DNA from: Octopus bimaculoides
Taxonomy: Eukaryota
Length of the DNA stretch: 64,000 bases
Direction of reading: 5' to 3'
NCBI RefSeq assembly: GCF_001194135.2
Contig: NC_069000.1
Location: 10,661,641 to 10,725,640, forward strand
Both the position numbers and the translations under genes were made by a program. This document shows positions 1 through 10,930 of this stretch, in pieces (within the stretch, counting starts at the first letter, position 1; every line of letters begins with the position of its first letter). The notes under the pieces are model-generated. The model was not told where the DNA came from. It ran no database searches and saw only the letters and a list, made by a program, of their open reading frames with translations.

Positions 1-321
1 TGAAAGTATCTGTCATTATAGTATCGAAATGTGATTGTTTCAGTTTTGATACTGAAATAGTGGAAAAGTTTCATTTTTAAAGTGAAAGTATTTGACATGA
101 GTGTTTTTGCTTCACTTTTGACACGTAATACTTAAATAGTGGATGAGATATTATGTTGCTGTGGGTTCGAACTATGCAAGAAGTTAAAACTTTTTTTGAC
201 TAAAACACAACCGAGACCCTAAGTAAGGCATGTGTAAAATTTGAATGAAATTGGTTGGGTAGTTCTGGAGTTTTAGGGATTCACACAGACACATACACAC
301 ACACAGACATACATTCTCATT

Positions 322-359
<38 letters not shown>

Positions 360-699
360 TATCCCATAATTCTTTTAATCTAGAAATAGTGAGTGGATTT
401 GGTAGACAGAAACAAAGAGGAGCCTGCTTTGTGTGTGTGTGTGTGTATGTGGTTGTGTAATTTGGCATACAATGGTGCCATTTCATTTGCACTCTTCAAT
501 GGAGGTATGTCCGACCTTGAGTGAAGGGAGGAAGTTATTTTACTTAAAAGACAAGTGAGTGTTGGCAACAGGAAGGGCATCCAGCAATAGAAAATCCACC
601 TCAACAAATTTCGTATAACCCATGCAAGAAGTATGAAGAAGTGGGCATAACTAGGAGAGAGACAGAGAGAGAGAGAGAGAAAGAAACAAAGAAGTAAAG

Positions 700-732
<33 letters not shown>

Positions 733-1137
733 AAGAAAGAAGCTTAGATGATTGCAAATGAATGATTGGATAGAATCCTGGGCTCTCAGCCCACCATACT
801 TCATTCACATCAGCGTTTCATAAAAATAACATTTTAGTCTCACTAAATTTATGTTAATCCCTCCTACAGTAACAGATTTAGGTATAGTTAGTATGAAAAT
901 CCTCAATCCTATTAGTTTTGGTATTAGAAAAGTAGTTTATTTCCGTTCATGGAATAAGAGCTTGTCTGTTATTGCATGGTTTCGTAATATCTATTATATA
1001 AGAAGAAAAAAACTGTAGGTTTTCCAATTTGATAATGGGAATTTTTATCCCTCTGTTACTATGCTAGTACTGTTGCTACACTACTACAAGATCTTGTTTT
1101 AGCCTTTGCTATCACCATCACCCATGTTATATGTATG

Positions 1138-1168
<31 letters not shown>

Positions 1169-1183
1169 ATAATTATATATATA

Positions 1184-1334
1184 GGTGTGTGGTAAGTAGC
1201 TTGCTTACGAACCACATGGTTCTGGGTTCAGTCCCACTGCATGGCACCTTAGGCAAGTGTCTTCTACTATAGCCTCGAGCCGACCAAAGCCTTGTGAGTG
1301 GATTTGGTAGACAGAAACTGAAAGAAGCCCATCG
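1184..1334 (+). mobile_element. tRNA-derived SINE, family A head, followed by (TA)n
   Basis: GTGTGGTAAGTAGCTTGCTT...GGGTTCAGTCCC (A/B-box-like), then a CORE-like GGCACCTTAGGCAAGTG, then GTGAGTGGATTTGGTAGACAGAAACTGAAAGAAGCCC. More than 12 related copies occur in the window. Confidence 0.85.
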
Positions 1335-1336
1335 TA

Positions 1337-1383
<47 letters not shown>

Positions 1384-2859
1384 TTATTTATTTATATAAT
1401 GTGTTTATTTTGGGAAGTCCAGTGTGTGGCCTTATTCTGTAGTAATGCCCCTTATATAAATATAAACGAATAATTATATTCTCAGGAATAGAAATTTCCC
1501 TTATGAATTTTTTTACACACTGGCTTCCTGATAAAATTCTTGTAAAAGACTTTTATCCTTTTTTGAATTTATATATATATATTTATATATTGGGGATAGG
1601 ATAAAGTTTATTACCAGATCTTCAGCTTCCAGACACAAATAGACACAAGAAAATTTAATAGTATATTCCAATTTTTATTTTGAATGCTCAAACAAACACA
1701 GCTAAAAAAATTTTTAAGTTGCTGCTGTATCAGTTTACTGGATAGAATAAATATGTCAAAACACTGATGTCCCAGAATCCAGTTCAGCAATGAGCTGAGA
1801 GTGTTGAACACAGTGTCATCATAAAAGACAAGTTATTTTCTTATGATATACCCTGCAGCGACCAGTATATTTTGTGTCTGAACCCATCAAGACACATCAA
1901 GAATAAATATGCAAATATTTCTTCCAGATACTGTGGTACATGATGCAAATAACGATTTTTCGTAAACAACATAAAATCTTTAAAAGTAATTTTATTAAAA
2001 TTTCCTACACTTATTGAAAAAATTCATCAGCACCGTTGATGCCATAAAAACATCTGTCGAATAATCTTACTACCATCGCTAAATGCACTTGTAATTGAAT
2101 GAACAAATACTTATTACTGCTTCTTTAACAGAAACTGGCTTTCTTATTTTCCAGTAAACTGAAATAAGGTAGACGTGAATGATGGTTCTCAAGAAAAGTC
2201 TAGCAACTGAGTGACAGCAAATAAATTTAAGATAAGATATTACTCATAGGCATTCATTAGTCAACCCAATCAAGAGATTTTCAGCTGACCTTTCTTTCTG
2301 TATTTAGAGATTGTGACAACTCTTTCATTATATTTTGATCTATTCTTGTATTTGCATCTAATTACACGTATGTTAGCAACAGAAATAAGATTCAGTCTTC
2401 ATCTTTCTTTAACGAAATCGTCTTAATAATACTACAGGACAAGGACAGCCTAAATTCGAAAAATGATATTCTCACAAGATGTCTACTAAGAAATTTTCAA
2501 ACGAAAGACACATCAGAGATTTTCAACAAAATGTTTGGAACAATCTCCCATTTTGTTTTTTTTTTGTTGTTTTTTTTTGGTGTTCATTCTTTACTGCACT
2601 CTTTTTCCTTTCAGTGAAATGAGCAGAGAGAGAGAGAGAAAATGGGAGAGCGTTTCAGATTGTTTATTGTGCTTTTATATAGATTGGTGAACGAAGAGAG
2701 AACTCTGAGGTTTTTTGAAGCTTAGTAAGGTCTTTTTACAGTTTCAATTTACTCTGTTTCGCACATTTTTATTTAATTTTTCTTCTCAACACATTCTTTC
2801 ATGTCATCCTATAATATTGTAGTATCCTCTTCCTCGTCGCTGCCGCCACCACTGCTGCT

Positions 2860-3053
2860 GCTGCATAAATACATAGAATTTAATTAAATTAAAACAGATG
2901 GACACATTGGTATATTTTTACCTAAAACCTCCAAGAAGGTAAGAAGATAGACAAAGATCATGCTGTCTTCACTTCAGCTTAGAAGCTACTTCTAAGCTGA
3001 AGTGAAGACAGCATGTTCTTTGTATTTCTATGTATTCTATGTATTTATGCAGC
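2860..3053. repeat. Nested inverted repeat (foldback hairpin)
   Basis: Perfect 27-bp arms at 2959-2985 and 2989-3015 (CATGCTGTCTTCACTTCAGCTTAGAAG, 3-nt loop CTA), extending to 2951-3023 with one mismatch. Perfect 20-bp outer arms at 2860-2879 and 3034-3053 (GCTGCATAAATACATAGAAT). Confidence 0.95.
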
Positions 3054-3161
3054 TGAGGATTGCTCTGCATTTAAACTGATGTAATGGTTGCATTGTTCAA
3101 TTAAATGGAGTCGCTTGAAACGATCGTACTGCATTACCTCTGGATATCCTGTTGCTTATTT

Positions 3162-3199
<38 letters not shown>

Positions 3200-3349
3200 G
3201 CACACACACACACACACACATATATATATTTATGTATATATATTATATCTATCTACATAAATATGTGTGTGTGTGAGTATTCATGCATACATATACATAT
3301 ACATGCACATGTATATAACATATACATATTTATGTATATCTATCTATCC

Positions 3350-3380
<31 letters not shown>

Positions 3381-4278
3381 CATCCATCCAATATATATAT
3401 ATNNNNNNNNNNNNNNNNNNNNNNNNNNNNNNNNNNNNNNNNNNNNNNNNNNNNNNNNNNNNNNNNNNNNNNNNNNNNNNNNNNNNNNNNNNNNNNNNNN
3501 NNNNNNNNNNNNNNNNNNNNNNNNNNNNNNNNNNNNNNNNNNNNNNNNNNNNNNNNNNNNNNNNNNNNNNNNNNNNNNNNNNNNNNNNNNNNNNNNNNNN
3601 NNNNNNNNNNNNNNNNNNNNNNNNNNNNNNNNNNNNNNNNNNNNNNNNNNNNNNNNNNNNNNNNNNNNNNNNNNNNNNNNNNNNNNNNNNNNNNNNNNNN
3701 NNNNNNNNNNNNNNNNNNNNNNNNNNNNNNNNNNNNNNNNNNNNNNNNNNNNNNNNNNNNNNNNNNNNNNNNNNNNNNNNNNNNNNNNNNNNNNNNNNNN
3801 NNNNNNNNNNNNNNNNNNNNNNNNNNNNNNNNNNNNNNNNNNNNNNNNNNNNNNNNNNNNNNNNNNNNNNNNNNNNNNNNNNNNNNNNNNNNNNNNNNNN
3901 NNNNNNNNNNNNNNNNNNNNNNNNNNNNNNNNNNNNNNNNNNNNNNNNNNNNNNNNNNNNNNNNNNNNNNNNNNNNNNNNNNNNNNNNNNNNNNNNNNNN
4001 NNNNNNNNNNNNNNNNNNNNNNNNNNNNNNNNNNNNNNNNNNNNNNNNNNNNNNNNNNNNNNNNNNNNNNNNNNNNNNNNNNNNNNNNNNNNNNNNNNNN
4101 NNNNNNNNNNNNNNNNNNNNNNNNNNNNNNNNNNNNNNNNNNNNNNNNNNNNNNNNNNNNNNNNNNNNNNNNNNNNNNNNNNNNNNNNNNNNNNNNNNNN
4201 NNNNNNNNNNNNNNNNNNNNNNNNNNNNNNNNNNNNNNNNNNNNNNNNNNNNNNNNNNNNNNNNNNNNNNNNNNNNNN

Positions 4279-4333
<55 letters not shown>

Positions 4334-5056
4334 AACACATATATATGTACACACTCATAATATTTATACACTTGAACATACTAGAATATACTCAGGTTTA
4401 GACACTCACACACACACACTGACTTATACAAACATTCAGGATATTGTCATCATTATCCAGAACCCACACCACCTACCTCACCACCCCTCCACACATACAC
4501 ACACACATGCACGCACACACACACACACATGGACGCACACACACATCCCTCTCTCATCCTTTTCGCCATCATTACCGTTAATAGATTCTACTGAAGTAAA
4601 AAATTATCAATCTTTAAATTCCAAATATATCCACCTGACTTGGTACAGTAATGAAAGATTTTTCGCTTGAGCGAACATGATGTGTGGCCCAGGTAGTAGC
4701 AGTAGTAGCAGTAGTAGTAGTTGTTGTTGTTGTTTAAAGTAAGGAAAAGATGGAGATGGAAGTGGTGGTGGTGGCAGTTGGTTTGGAGAAGAAGGAGGTT
4801 CTTTTTAGCCAGCCAGCAAGACTATATAAATCAGCTACCAAAAGAAGCGGCTTCTAGAAGAAGCTGAGTTTCTTTGACAGAACAACAACACAATGGTATT
4901 CTAATGTCCAAAAGATTTCGTACATCTGGCATGAGATGTCATTGATCTGAGTTGTCTAAGTTGAGTGAGCAAATTTATTTATGATAATTCAACAATATAT
5001 TTAACTGGCATATATACATACATATATATATGTATATCTTCACATGTCTTTATTCA

Positions 5057-5139
<83 letters not shown>

Positions 5140-5498
5140 GTATATTTTCATATGTCTTTATTCATATGTATATGTATATTTTCATATGTCTTTATTCATA
5201 TGTATATGTATATCTTCATATATCTTTATTCATATGTACATATGTATATCTTTATTGATACATATATATGTATAAACTCTCTTTAAACTCTTTAAATTGT
5301 TTCAGCTCTAAAGCTGTAGTCATGCTGGGGCACCAATGTTGGCTGTGTTACACCATCATTTGAAACCTCCTCTGAGGTTAGGAAGGACATCCAGCTGTAG
5401 ATGATGATGATGATGATGATAATTTATCTATTTATTTATTTATTTATTTATTTATTTATTCATATTCTATCATGGGTAATCGTGAAGAACTTCAGGAG

Positions 5499-5612
5499 TT
5501 AGGACGAAAGGCAAAGTTGACCTCAGCAGAATTTGAACTCAGAATGTAGCGATGGATGAAACACTGCTAAGAATTTCATCCAGCATGCTAACGATTCTGC
5601 CAGTTTACTGCC
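5499..5612 (-). mobile_element. tRNA-derived SINE, family B (5' part)
   Basis: Reverse complement reads ...CTGGCAGAATCGTTAGCATGCTGG...TTCTGAGTTCAAATTCTGCTGAGGTCAACTTTGCCTTTC, with A-box- and B-box-like motifs. Confidence 0.8.
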
Positions 5613-5619
5613 TTAGTTC

Positions 5620-5660
<41 letters not shown>

Positions 5661-5665
<5 letters not shown>

Positions 5666-6054
5666 GAAAAAAAATTGCTTTCTAATTGATGTATCAATAT
5701 CAGCAGATGACAACGTTTCCCTAAAAGAAATGGAAAAACCTTCAAAATACAAAGACCTGGAAATAGAGGTAACTCGAATGTGGAATCTAAAAACAGAAAC
5801 AATTCCTACCATAGTGGGTGCCTTAGGTATAATAAAAACATATTCAGACAAATACATAACAAAAACACTAGGACTTACAAATATATACAACATACAGAAA
5901 ATTGCACTACTGGGCACTGCACACATCCTACGCAAAACACTTTCAATACAGTAACCATAAGAGCATCACAGCAAACCACAGCACATACCCAAGGCGCACA
6001 GAGCTGCGCTTGGTAGTGAAGTGAAAGCACGTTATAAAAATAAGACTACTGAAC

Positions 6055-6090
<36 letters not shown>
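5661..6090 (+). mobile_element. 3' end of an R4/Dong-like non-LTR retrotransposon (RLE domain plus 3' UTR) between (AAT)n arrays
   Basis: Translates as KKNCFLIDVSISADDNVSLKEMEKPSKYKDLEIEVTRMWNLKTETIPTIVGALGIIK...IQKIALLGTAHILRKTLSIQ* (stop ends at 5954). The IDV..E..K..KY and IP.IVGALG motifs are typical of RLE-type retrotransposon C-termini. (AAT)n lies on both sides. Confidence 0.85.
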
Positions 6091-6091
<1 letters not shown>

Positions 6092-6439
6092 GTTTCTACC
6101 ATAGGCACAAAGCCTGAAATTTTGGGAGAGGGGACCAGTCAATTACACTGATCTCCAGTGTTTCACTGGTACTTAATTTATCGACCTTGAAAAGATGAAA
6201 CCCTGCAAGACAATTATAGGATTAGTGTCAGGGTAGACTCTTTAAATAATCCTTTGTAGTAACTGAGCCATTCGGCTCTTTGTTCTCCGATGATGTCTGA
6301 TGCTTAGAGAATGGTGAGCATTGTGGTGTGGCAACATCTGAGAGCATTTGTGTTGAAGAATTCAATGTTGCGAGACTGTTCTTTGTCATTTTATTGTGAA
6401 GATGCACGCGCACACACACACACATACACGCACACACAC

Positions 6440-6489
<50 letters not shown>

Positions 6490-6937
6490 TTCATTTGCAA
6501 GCCATAGATACTCATACATGCAACAATCCAATAATCCTTGCTCTCTCTCTCTATCTATCTCTCTATCTCTGTCTTTCTCTCTCTCCATCTCTCTCTCTCA
6601 TACAGATACACACACTCTCTCTCTCTCTCTCACACACACACTCTCTCTCTCACACACACACACACACACATATCAATATAAAATAGATACATACACAGCA
6701 CATGTTCTGACGCTGACATACAAGGGTCCAATTAATTTGCATTATGTCTGATTTTTCATCCATGGTGTACTTCTTTATTCCCATTGAATCAAAATGATTG
6801 ACCGTCCAATAAATCATTAGGCCATTCCTTGATAGATTTCTTCCTTTTATGGCTGAACCAATCACAAATGATGAAGAGAACGCAAAACAAAACAAAATAA
6901 TAAGCACATAAATAATAATGATAATAATAACAACAAC

Positions 6938-6991
<54 letters not shown>

Positions 6992-7594
6992 GATGATGAT
7001 AATAATAATAATTTTTTCTTTCTTTCGTTCCCTTTTTTTTTTTTGCAAAGGATTAATATCAAAGACTAAAGGAATGTCGCAAGGATAAATTAGAATTTTT
7101 ATATAATTGACTCTCTTCGTTCATCTGTCAAGCTCATTACCAAATGAATAAGCTTTTATAGATCTCATGCTAGATTTACGTTAGCAAATGATTGAAGTGT
7201 CATCTTTGCTGGAACATTATTGAATCCATGTTAACTATACAGTATTGAAAGTTTCTATGTTATTCTTTTCACGTTGTTTATTTATTCATGTATTTACTCA
7301 TTAATTCGTTACCTCGAAACTGAGTTCGTTTGAATACAGTTTCACTCATGTGATCTCATATTGCAGTAATCTACGTACAATTATTTTGGTTAGCGTTATT
7401 TTCAAATGAGATGATTTTAGTAAAGCCATATGCTCAAAGTAAGGTTTCTTTCATTAGAAAAATGATGCTAAAAACAGTTATAGCTTATTTCTTACTCTCA
7501 AAGGAAAGAGATTTTAATATAAACTGGATGTTAGATAGTTTTTACCTGAAAGAATAGCACTGCTTTACACAAATGTGATACAGTATTGACTTAA

Positions 7595-7776
7595 TAAGCC
7601 TTCAATATGCCTGCTAGTATATTACAGTTGCATACAGAAATACAGTGTCCCTACCAGCAATTAATGCATAAGTACCAGCTGCCAGGAATGTGTTTATTAT
7701 ATAAAACTGATATAACCAATTGTGTTACATTGTTATATTTGGTGGCTATTTAAGCAATATGTTTGCAGATGGTTAA
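7595..7776. mobile_element. Short piggyBac-type MITE-like element abutting the next element at a shared TTAA
   Basis: The left end TAAG-CCTTCAATATGCC matches the 7777 terminus at 12/13 positions. The right end GCAGATGG-TTAA is a degenerate inverse of it. Internal 7673-7776 aligns by eye with 53527-53630. Confidence 0.5.
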
Positions 7777-8625
7777 CCTTCAATCTGCCAATGGGTCCAA
7801 TGGACCCATTTCAGTTTTTCAGTTACTTTTTCTCACTGTTTATATTATTTGATTCCGCTGATTTCTTGTGACTCTCATTTTTTCTTGACTCTCTTTTATT
7901 TGTCAAATGGGAAATTTTTTGTATGTTTATAAAAGCTAGAAAATTTCACTTTATACACTAATTACCGTATGGGCCCATTGGACCCTTGAATTAAATTCAG
8001 ACAATACTTTTGTCATTCTAAACAGAATAATAGTAGTATAAAATATTATTTTCCTAGATATTAATCAGATATAAAATAGACAAAATCGTATGCAATTTAT
8101 TTGCTGAATTTTAGATAAAATAGGAAAAATTATGAAAATATTCCTGTAAATGTGTGTGGTATTGCATCACCTTCAACGTGCTATGTTATAGGGTGATGCA
8201 ATATTTCTATGTAATGGTGCACTTCTTACAATATATTGCATCATCTTTCAGGAAAGTATAAATATGTGAGAGAGCAATATCTGCCTTTGGTCTGCTATCA
8301 AGTTTCATATAGTTCAGTTGTGCTTTCCAATATGCCTAGATGTGAAAAATTGATTGAAGACCAAATGTCGAAAGGGTTACTGGAATTAGATGAAGAATGG
8401 GAAGAAGATAGTAGTGATTCCTTCTATTGTTCTGAAGATGATGGTGAAAGTGATTATGTGCTGGATAGTTTAGGTTCTGTGTCATCAGATGGTGAAGATT
8501 CATGTAAGAATTGTAATATCCATGTTTGTCAAGAACATTCCAATGTTGTCTACATTCACTGCCATGAGGAGCTGTAATTCTCTATTTTTGTACATGGTTT
8601 AGCCAATTCTTGGATACATGGTGAT
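7777..8625 (+). mobile_element. Internally deleted piggyBac-family DNA transposon (left end plus fused mini-ORF; right end not found)
   Basis: TTAA|CC terminus at 7773-7778. Subterminal palindrome AATGGGTCC-AAT-GGACCCATT at 7790-7810, with an inverted degenerate copy GGGCCCATTGGACCC near 7971-7985. The ORF joins an acidic N-terminus to a Cys/His tail. A LINE insertion follows at about 8630. Confidence 0.7.
8332..8577 (+). CDS. 81-aa mini-ORF: piggyBac-like acidic N-terminus fused to part of the C-terminal cysteine-rich domain; no catalytic core
   Basis: MPRCEKLIEDQMSKGLLELDEEWEEDSSDSFYCSEDDGESDYVLDSLGSVSSDGEDS|CKNCNIHVCQEHSNVVYIHCHEEL*. CxxC-x4-CxxH matches the second half of the piggyBac cysteine-rich domain. 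Expression is unknown. Confidence 0.5.
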   Translation: MPRCEKLIEDQMSKGLLELDEEWEEDSSDSFYCSEDDGESDYVLDSLGSVSSDGEDSCKNCNIHVCQEHSNVVYIHCHEEL

Positions 8626-8629
8626 AACA

Positions 8630-9080
8630 GTGGCACATATCACCTGCCACCCATGCCTGTTAAACTTGAAAGAAGGCAGTGAAAATCTCTCAATTGCTGG
8701 ACATGTTCCATTGATGTTGCCTCTGTGTTCAATCTTGGGCATTTCTTACTGGGATACAGTGTGAAATGCAGAGGTGATGAGAAGAGCTGGCATAGGAAAT
8801 TTGCAAGACATAGTGACTAAGTGATGGATGTAGTTTACTGGTCATGTGTTTCAATTACTGCAGAAGAGATATGCTGGCATAATGATGGAGTGGACACTGG
8901 AAGGAGGAAAAAACTAAGTGGAAGCCTAAGGAAGATGTGGTACAGTACATTGTAGGATAACATGATAGTAATGGGAGCAAGCCTGAGTGAAGTTAAGGGG
9001 AAAGCAAGCAACTGGGTTTTTTTAAGGAGACTTGTTGCCCATTGTTCTAATAACACTGGAGCATCTAAGAGCTTAGAGAT
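8630..9080 (+). mobile_element. Decayed 3' end of an RTE-like LINE ORF
   Basis: With stops and frameshifts it reads PATHAC*T*KKAVKISQLLDMFH...ILGISYWDTV*NAEVMRRAGIGNLQDIVTK*WM*FTGHV...MEWTLEGGK...RRLVAHCS. This matches the post-RT C-terminal region of RTE-type LINEs. Confidence 0.8.
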
Positions 9081-9473
9081 AATCAAATATATCAACCCAG
9101 TACATAATTGGTATGTATTTTAACAACCCCTAAAGAATAAAAAGCAAAGTTAACCCATGTAGGATTTAAACTCATAACATAAAAGTATATTAATAAAATG
9201 CCATAAAAACTTTTTTTTTCCTTGCTTTACCAGCAATTCCACCACTCCAAACATTAGATGATATTCGTTCTTGGAATATTAATTTTCATGAAAAGAAAAG
9301 AACAATAAAAAAAAAAAGTATCAGTGAATGGTCATCCAGAGATAAATAATGTCAGTATGGTCATATTTCAAATATATCATATATCAATGATGTCATATAC
9401 TGCTGACATATTAGTCATACAGTCTTGTATGAAAGGACTCAATCTTGACACTGAAGTTACCAAATCTGTTATA

Positions 9474-9744
9474 TTAGGTTGTCAGATAAATTCATTAGTT
9501 TTTTTTTTCTCCTTTTTTTTGGCACTCGATTATCATATGTCTGAAATGAGGTAAAATTTATTCAAATTTCAAAAAAAATAAAAAACAATAAACAAAGATT
9601 GTAGAGGAAGAAAACAAAACGATAAAAAAAATAGCAACAACATAAAATACTGTGATAAAAATATTTTTTTGTATTAATTCAAATAGCATTGAAAAAGATT
9701 AGAATAAATGGGAAAAAAATAAGGAAATTTATCTGACAACTCAA
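9474..9744. mobile_element. Tc1/mariner-type MITE with TA target duplication
   Basis: TA|TTAGGTTGTCAGATAAATT ... AATTTATCTGACAACTCAA|TA: 19-bp terminal inverted repeats with 2 mismatches and TA on both sides; AT-rich non-coding interior. Confidence 0.8.
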
Positions 9745-9764
9745 TAAATATCTCGCATTTAATG

Positions 9765-10075
9765 CCCAAGAGTCTTGGAGTTGCTGCAAAGGATAGAAAA
9801 TTTGTCAGAAGCTGCAAAGAAAGCAAGTCATTACATCTGGTTCAAGAAAGAGGATGAGTGGTGCAGCAAGAATGAGTACGGGGTTGGTAGAAACATTTGG
9901 CCCAGAGTCACAAAATTTGATTTAATAAAGCTCATGTTGAACATGTGGGAGTTTTGTCCTCTACATTGGTGGGTGGCCTTGGGCAGATCTGGTGTTGCGG
10001 CAAAAGACCTGAAACACTTACAGAAGCTGCTTCATCACCTGATGAGACACCAACTCTTCTGCATTGGGAAACAGA
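9765..10075 (+). mobile_element. 3' end of a HERO-like RLE non-LTR retrotransposon
   Basis: KSLGVAAKDRK/ENLSEAAKKASHYIWFKKEDEW resembles the C-terminal SEAAE.AS.W.W.KR.D.W motif. The 3' UTR-like GGGTGGCCTTGGG...AAAGACCTGAAACAC...CATCACCTGATGA resembles recalled HERO-type 3' UTRs. Clade assignment is from memory. Confidence 0.6.
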
Positions 10076-10593
10076 AGACAGCAGCATCCTCGAGACACTA
10101 GTGTTCACCTTAAATGGTGATACCCAGTATTTTCTCAAATCTGAACTGTTCTGCTCGCAAAAGAAGTAGGCTGAGAATTAAGTGTGTTTCACTTGCTTTT
10201 TTAATTGATAGTTTAGTTATCCGCTTAGCTATTGCAATTTCACTGGTGAATCAAGGAAAGATCATTTGGCAGAATGAATTAACTTACTAAGGTTTTCAAT
10301 GTAAAATCATCATCATCATCATCATCATCTTTATCATCATCATTATCATCATCACCATCATCATCATCATTATAATCATCATCATCACCATCATTATTAT
10401 CATCATCATCACCATCTTCATCATCATCATCATCTTCTACTTCATCATCATCACCATCATCATCATCACCACCACCACCACCACTATCACCAACACCACC
10501 ATCACCGCCGCCACTGCCACCATCCCCATCATCTTCTACTTCATCATCATCACCAATACCATTATCATCTTCATCACCATCACCGCCACCCCC

Positions 10594-10602
<9 letters not shown>

Positions 10603-10626
<24 letters not shown>

Positions 10627-10930
10627 TTAACATCCGTTTTCCATGGTGACACGGTTTGGACAGTTTGACAAAGGCTGGCCAGCCAAAGAACTGCATTAAG
10701 CCCCAACTCTCTGCCTTGGCATGGTTTCTACGGCCGGATGCCCTTCCTAACGCCAACCATTTTACAGAGCGCACTGGGGGCTCTAACGTGGCACTGGAAC
10801 GGGTGCTTTACATGTGGCACTGACATGTATGCCTTTTACCTGACCCCAAACAGCTGCTTTTGCATGTGGCTCCAGCACAGGTGCTTCATATGTGGCACCA
10901 ACACAGATACTTTTAATGTGGCACCAGCAT
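10603..10930 (-). mobile_element. (GAT)n-tailed retroposon, family C, with its tail expanded into the 10306-10626 (CAT/CAC)n array
   Basis: CATCATTTAACATCCGTTTTCCATGG...GGATGCCCTTCCTAACGCCAACC is the reverse of the family C 3' end, with GTGGCAC internal repeats. Confidence 0.8.

Noticed and set aside
1600-2200. Unique-looking stretch with 50-60-codon open frames on both strands
   Set aside because: No recognisable motif, and no convincing splice-site pair framing an open segment.
10279-10626. Poly-Asp, poly-His, poly-Ser and poly-Met ORFs (also 13051-13647, 23379-24117, 35620-36322, 54101-54438)
   Set aside because: These are translations of (CAT)n, (CTA)n and (GTT)n arrays, often expanded retroposon tails; they are open in several frames on both strands.
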